From Acanthaster planci (taxonomy: Eukaryota), in NCBI RefSeq assembly GCF_001949145.1, contig NW_019091359.1, forward strand, positions 3,014,861 to 3,078,860: a stretch of DNA of 64,000 nucleotides. Reading direction: 5' to 3'. Below, one piece after another: positions 60,901 through 64,000 of the stretch (position 1 is the stretch's first letter; each line of letters starts with the position of its first letter). The notes beneath the pieces are model-generated. The model had not been told where the DNA came from. It did not search any database and saw nothing but the letters and a program-made list of their open reading frames with translations. The position numbers and the translations under genes are program-made.

Positions 60901-63900
60901 ATGGTTACAAGAGGTTGCATGGACCTACGCTCAATCTGTATGGTATTCGGGTGCCTAACTCCATCTTGGCCAACACTTTAAAAAGTGCCTAAATCAGTTG
61001 CAAATGCGACCACAATTTTGCTAATGCGATCATATTTTCACCATCCAGTCGCCATTTGCAACTTAAGATAGCTTAAAAACTACATACAAATGTATTTGAA
61101 CAATTTTGAGTATGCTTAAAAATCAAAAAGCTATGATTATTGATAAATGAAGTAGAAATGGCAGTGCAATTCGCATTGAGTCACACCGAGTGCGCTGTAC
61201 ATGTACATATACCATACTTTACATGTACATGTGTCGTGATCACGCGCACGGTTTGGTTGGTTCCAGATTTAAACATACGTTGTTGATGAATGTATACGGA
61301 CACCAGGGCCATTTTACAAACCACGGCATGGCATGGGCTCCATTTTTTGCTGCTTTGTTGCTGCAACGTAAATGAAACCTGAAACGGAGCTTATGTCGGA
61401 ATTAAAGGGGGTCACTGTGATTTAGAGTGTCAGAAATAGCACAATTCATGCAGCAGGGTGTCCTGCGGCACACTGAAACTATGGATGTCATAACGTCCGT
61501 GGCTGAACCCTTGGCAAAAACCTTGATTTCGTGGATTGACCTCATTGGCGCTTGTATGCAAGTTGTGTGGTGGATGATTCTTCGGCATGGATGGACAATG
61601 TAAACACAGGGTATTTATACTACATGTGTGTTCGTACGTTCATGAATATTCACCACCTGTGATTACTAAATTTCATAAAAGTGCTGGCGCCTAGATTTTT
61701 CCCCATTAGGAGCCAATCGCTACCAAATACTGTTTCTCTGTTTAAAGGGTTGATCTTGGAAACGTGTTCATAAGAAGTAAAAACATTAACTTAAACAGAG
61801 TACCTGCGCATGAATTTTTGAAAGAAAATATTAACAGGAAACTGTATTTGGTTTTCTGATTGAAAAGCCATCCTAATTTCTAAAGGAAATGACGGGAGGA
61901 AATACCGCTACATGTGTACGCATCAGTGCATGTTTTTTGTGAGTGCTTTTCAAGTCGTAACTCATGATCAGCATTCCACATGATCACACTGCTCTGGGAA
62001 AACTGTTGGTGATCGCCTTAAGTTTTGGGAGTACGTTGCAGAAGAGGTATGATTTACCTGCCTCAAATTCTGATGATGGCTTTATTCTTGCAGAACTTTT
62101 TAGTAATCTTGCATTAGGATATTTTGATAAAGTAAAAGTAAATTAATGTTAACAATCAGCAAGATTTTTCCAGAATAATTCACATCAAGACACTTTGGTG
62201 CTTGTAGCATTGTGTGAGTGGAAAATAATCATGATTGTACTCCGCTGTTAAAATGGAACAAGAGTTTTCATGAAAGAAAAGATGTATGTCATGAGATTAA
62301 AAATGTTAAAAGATGACAGTTATTGCTACATGAACAACAGAAATGATGGTCTAGTCTTCTGACGAGTGGTTTTTCAATGCCGCCGTTGTTTATGTGCAGA
62401 CAGGGAATTCTAGCTTAATTGATTACGTATTTTGGTAATGGTCGCATCACGAGTGAAGGTGAAGTTCCAAGAGCATATGCTCCTAATGACATTACCAGTT
62501 ATTCCATTGTTGTAAATACTTTACTGACTTAACATGAAGTTATGAAATGCTAAGTGCTTAGCTGGAAGAATTCCCATAACGTTTCTCTGGTCCTGACACA
62601 TGATACCTGTTTGTATACCCTTCTTCAAGTCCACATTGTACGTGTACATATTTTATTGTACCATGGAAGAATGAACAGAGTGGGAACAGTGGATGTTTCC
62701 CTGTCCTCAGTTGTTATTCTGTTGTCCTCAGTTGTTATTCTGTTGTCCTCAGTTGTTATTCTGTTGTCCTCAGTGGTAAGTGGCAGTGTTTCATCTACAT
62801 AGTAAACATAATTTTCCTAGCGTTCCTCCACTGTATGGGATAGTTCTATAGATTTAAAGTGGAGGAATAACAGGAAAAACTATGCCATCATAGGAGAACA
62901 TGACTTGGTGCTCAGTAATTTTAAGTGTGCAATTTCATTGGTTCTTTATATGGGTGCCTGGCAAATTCCTGACAAGGCATTCTACGGTGCCCCCTGGAGA
63001 GGGGTAGCTTCAGGTCAGACTTAGTCTGTGAGGTGACACTTTTTCCTTAGACACTTTTGAACTCACAGGGTGGTGTTTGCTCTGAACAAAGTGCAGTCAC
63101 ACCCTACCAGATTCCTGAAGCTAAGGTCATCATGTTGATTATTTTGATCACTTGCTGTTTTGTAACTTTTTTGGTCTTTTCCCTTGCAGCTGCAAAGCCT
63201 CCAGTTGCACAGAAACCTCTAATTTCCAAGAAGCCTGCTGTAAACACTGGTCAGGATGGTACAACCAACAAACCAAATGTACCTCCCAAAGTAACCCTTG
63301 GCAGTCCACCAAGAACGATACCTAAACCTCTCAAACTTCCACCCAAAGCCTCGGAACAGCCTAACAGGGACAACATCTATGATGAAGTCTATCACGAGGA
63401 GACAATAGAATCTGAGCCATCAAGTTACAGTCACGACAAAGCATCGTCTAAGAAGCTAGAGAAAATTTTGGGGCCAGACTTTGCTACAAGTGATCCAGCC
63501 AGGCCCAGCATCGAAAGAGATATAAAACCTGTGAAGGGCAAACAACCGATGGATCCCCGATCTAGGAAGATCTCTGCACCTGCTCGACCAACAACGGATG
63601 ATGGGCCATATGCAGTCATACCACTCCCAGATGCAGACAAGACAGCCACGAAGAAGACCAAAAACTCAGCCGAGCAGAAAGCCAGAGAGATCTCAGATGG
63701 CAATGGTAACAAGGTGGTGCTACGGAACTCTGGTGGCATGTCCAGTGGTGATTCGGGAATTGTGGGTTTGAACACTGATATGTTAGTGAAGCGGGGTATA
63801 AGCCGGAAGGAGAGACGCATGTCCCGTAGGATACTCAGGCAAACAATCAGATCAATGGACTCGGATTTCATGGAGGATTCGGACGATGAGCCAATCGGTG

Positions 63901-64000
63901 TGGACTCTGATTTTGACTCGGATACTTCTCTGGAAGAACCAGCTGTGTTCATGGATGAAAGTCACAAGACAGCCTTTGAGGTTCTCACAACAGAGCGAAC
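33298..64000 (+). CDS. Dbl-family RhoGEF, probably FGD/frabin-like (FYVE, RhoGEF and PH domain protein), 5' part. join(33298-33901,44125-44325,47877-49595,51300-51461,51877-52101,63190->64000)
   Basis: All junctions are phase 1 with GT/AG. The last exon ends HKTAFEVLTTERT, resembling the first helix of a DH domain (ELLxTERxY). The N-terminal SVNLLKQKFEG resembles the frabin F-actin-binding motif, and a DSGI motif precedes the DH start as in FGD1/3. PH and FYVE domains are not visible in the window. Confidence 0.75.
37242..37620. mobile_element. Non-autonomous DNA transposon (CAGGGTTCC...GGAACCCTG) carrying AAAGTCATGG subterminal repeats
   Basis: 9-bp TIR and repeated GGAAAAGTCATGGAA motifs; no clean TSD. 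Confidence 0.65.
37314..41590. repeat. Near-identical tandem duplication (37314-39114 vs 39116-41590) joined by a single N
   Basis: Colinear sequence with scattered SNPs and small indels; duplicated ORFs 38457/40933 and 38168/40659. Confidence 0.95.
39116..39940. repeat. Minisatellite array of 28- and 38-bp units
   Basis: (GTCATGGAAA)GTCATGGAATTTTGTAAAAATGACTRAA repeated more than 20 times. Confidence 0.95.
43509..43736. mobile_element. hAT-type MITE with 8-bp TSD
   Basis: TIRs CATGGGCAGAAATC / GATTTCCGCCCATG; flanks CTTGGTGC / CTTGGTAC (7 of 8 match). Confidence 0.8.
44125..44325 (+). CDS. RhoGEF exon (SDADSKQPDESKPSSIAERARLFSAEDPR...EDGFSG)
   Basis: CCTGCAG acceptor, G|GTAAGC donor, 201 nt, open in the phase-1 frame. 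Confidence 0.75.
47877..49595 (+). CDS. RhoGEF large low-complexity exon (1719 nt) with repeated KPLP motifs
   Basis: 562-aa ORF 47951..49639, extendable upstream in frame to a TCTTAG acceptor; donor GCAG|GTAGAC (phase 1). Confidence 0.85.
51300..51461 (+). CDS. RhoGEF exon (KKQTSDVAEPKLEANVVDAKRG...SGSYNFLA)
   Basis: Pyrimidine tract plus TTTCACAG acceptor, CAG|GTAGG donor, 162 nt, phase 1-1. Confidence 0.6.
51877..52101 (+). CDS. RhoGEF exon (SDTEGASTLEKTVIPLRQNK...RRTSSTDELPVVSVSFTNTRGLFQKAQ..DSLDS)
   Basis: TTTTCCATCTTTAG acceptor, A|GTAAGC donor, 225 nt, phase 1-1, GC-rich. Confidence 0.8.
56847..57266. mobile_element. MITE with 28-bp perfect TIRs and ATTT target-site duplication (Sola1-like, AWWT)
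   Basis: ATTT|GTGACCCGCTCCAGGAAAAGGTGATATA ... TATATCACCTTTTCCTGGAGCGGGTCAC|ATTT. Confidence 0.85.
57790..58345. repeat. Interspersed repeat with an internal ~110-bp imperfect palindrome centred on GGCCGAATGCCGAG
   Basis: TGGAACA..AATAATGT..GCATCTG..CCAC / GTGG..CAGATGC..ACATTATT..TGTTCCA at ~57817-57917; CpG-rich body; boundaries approximate. Confidence 0.5.
58778..58894. mobile_element. Short PIF/Harbinger-like MITE
   Basis: TAA-GGCTGCATCCAAA ... TTTCGGACACGGCC-TTA; imperfect TIRs with TWA flanks. Confidence 0.5.
59120..59288. repeat. Palindromic repeat, same family as 12365-12620
   Basis: GAAGAGGTGTGGTTCT...AGAACCACACCTCTTC; the shared flank CAAAGCTTCAAAT is inverted relative to the first copy. 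Confidence 0.75.
60646..60759 (+). CDS. Possible additional cassette exon of the RhoGEF gene (RGSDIPSRVTKIPPLHSSHLEDIETRRDSLEIRIEVS)
   Basis: CATTCCAG acceptor and G|GTGATA donor, 114 nt, phase 1-1 and open; both sites are weak. Confidence 0.25.
62702..62774. repeat. 21-bp tandem repeat, about 3.5 copies
   Basis: TGTCCTCAGTTGTTATTCTGT repeated. Confidence 0.9.
63190..64000 (+). CDS. RhoGEF exon running off the window: Pro-rich segment, NIYDEV, DSGI, acidic tract, start of DH domain
   Basis: Strong acceptor TCTTTTCCCTTGCAG followed by an 811-nt stop-free frame ending FEVLTTERT. Confidence 0.9.

Noticed and set aside
63431..63952. 173-aa minus-strand ORF (also 33310-33915, 48307-48570, 51956-52264)
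   Set aside because: Antisense shadows of the + strand RhoGEF exons.

Overview
AT-rich, intron-rich eukaryotic genomic DNA from a draft assembly with four N gaps. The repeat content suggests a marine invertebrate, possibly an echinoderm (inference). Two head-to-head multi-exon genes share a CpG-rich ~1.2 kb promoter region at ~32.1-33.3 kb. On the minus strand is a zeta-crystallin/quinone oxidoreductase-like protein 2 gene (MDR family). I reconstructed nine exons with consistent phases and a 25.4 kb first intron; the last exon lies outside the window. On the plus strand is the 5' part of a Dbl-family RhoGEF, probably FGD/frabin-like, with a very long low-complexity N-terminus and a DH domain starting at the window end. 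The introns contain MITEs, a decayed hAT element, CR1/L2 and RTE LINE fragments, a tRNA-derived SINE, minisatellites and a ~1.8 kb tandem duplication that is probably an assembly artefact. Most interesting: (1) a nested antisense intronless ORF with a myristoylation-type start, a Gag-like CCHC knuckle and a helical tail; (2) two diverged orphan exon-like paralogues in the same intron; (3) internal evidence that the ubiquitous TACATGTA/TACCGGTA/TAGGCCTA palindromes are 6-bp insertions at TA sites resembling transposon excision footprints; (4) a 26-bp palindrome flanked by a 7-bp duplication.
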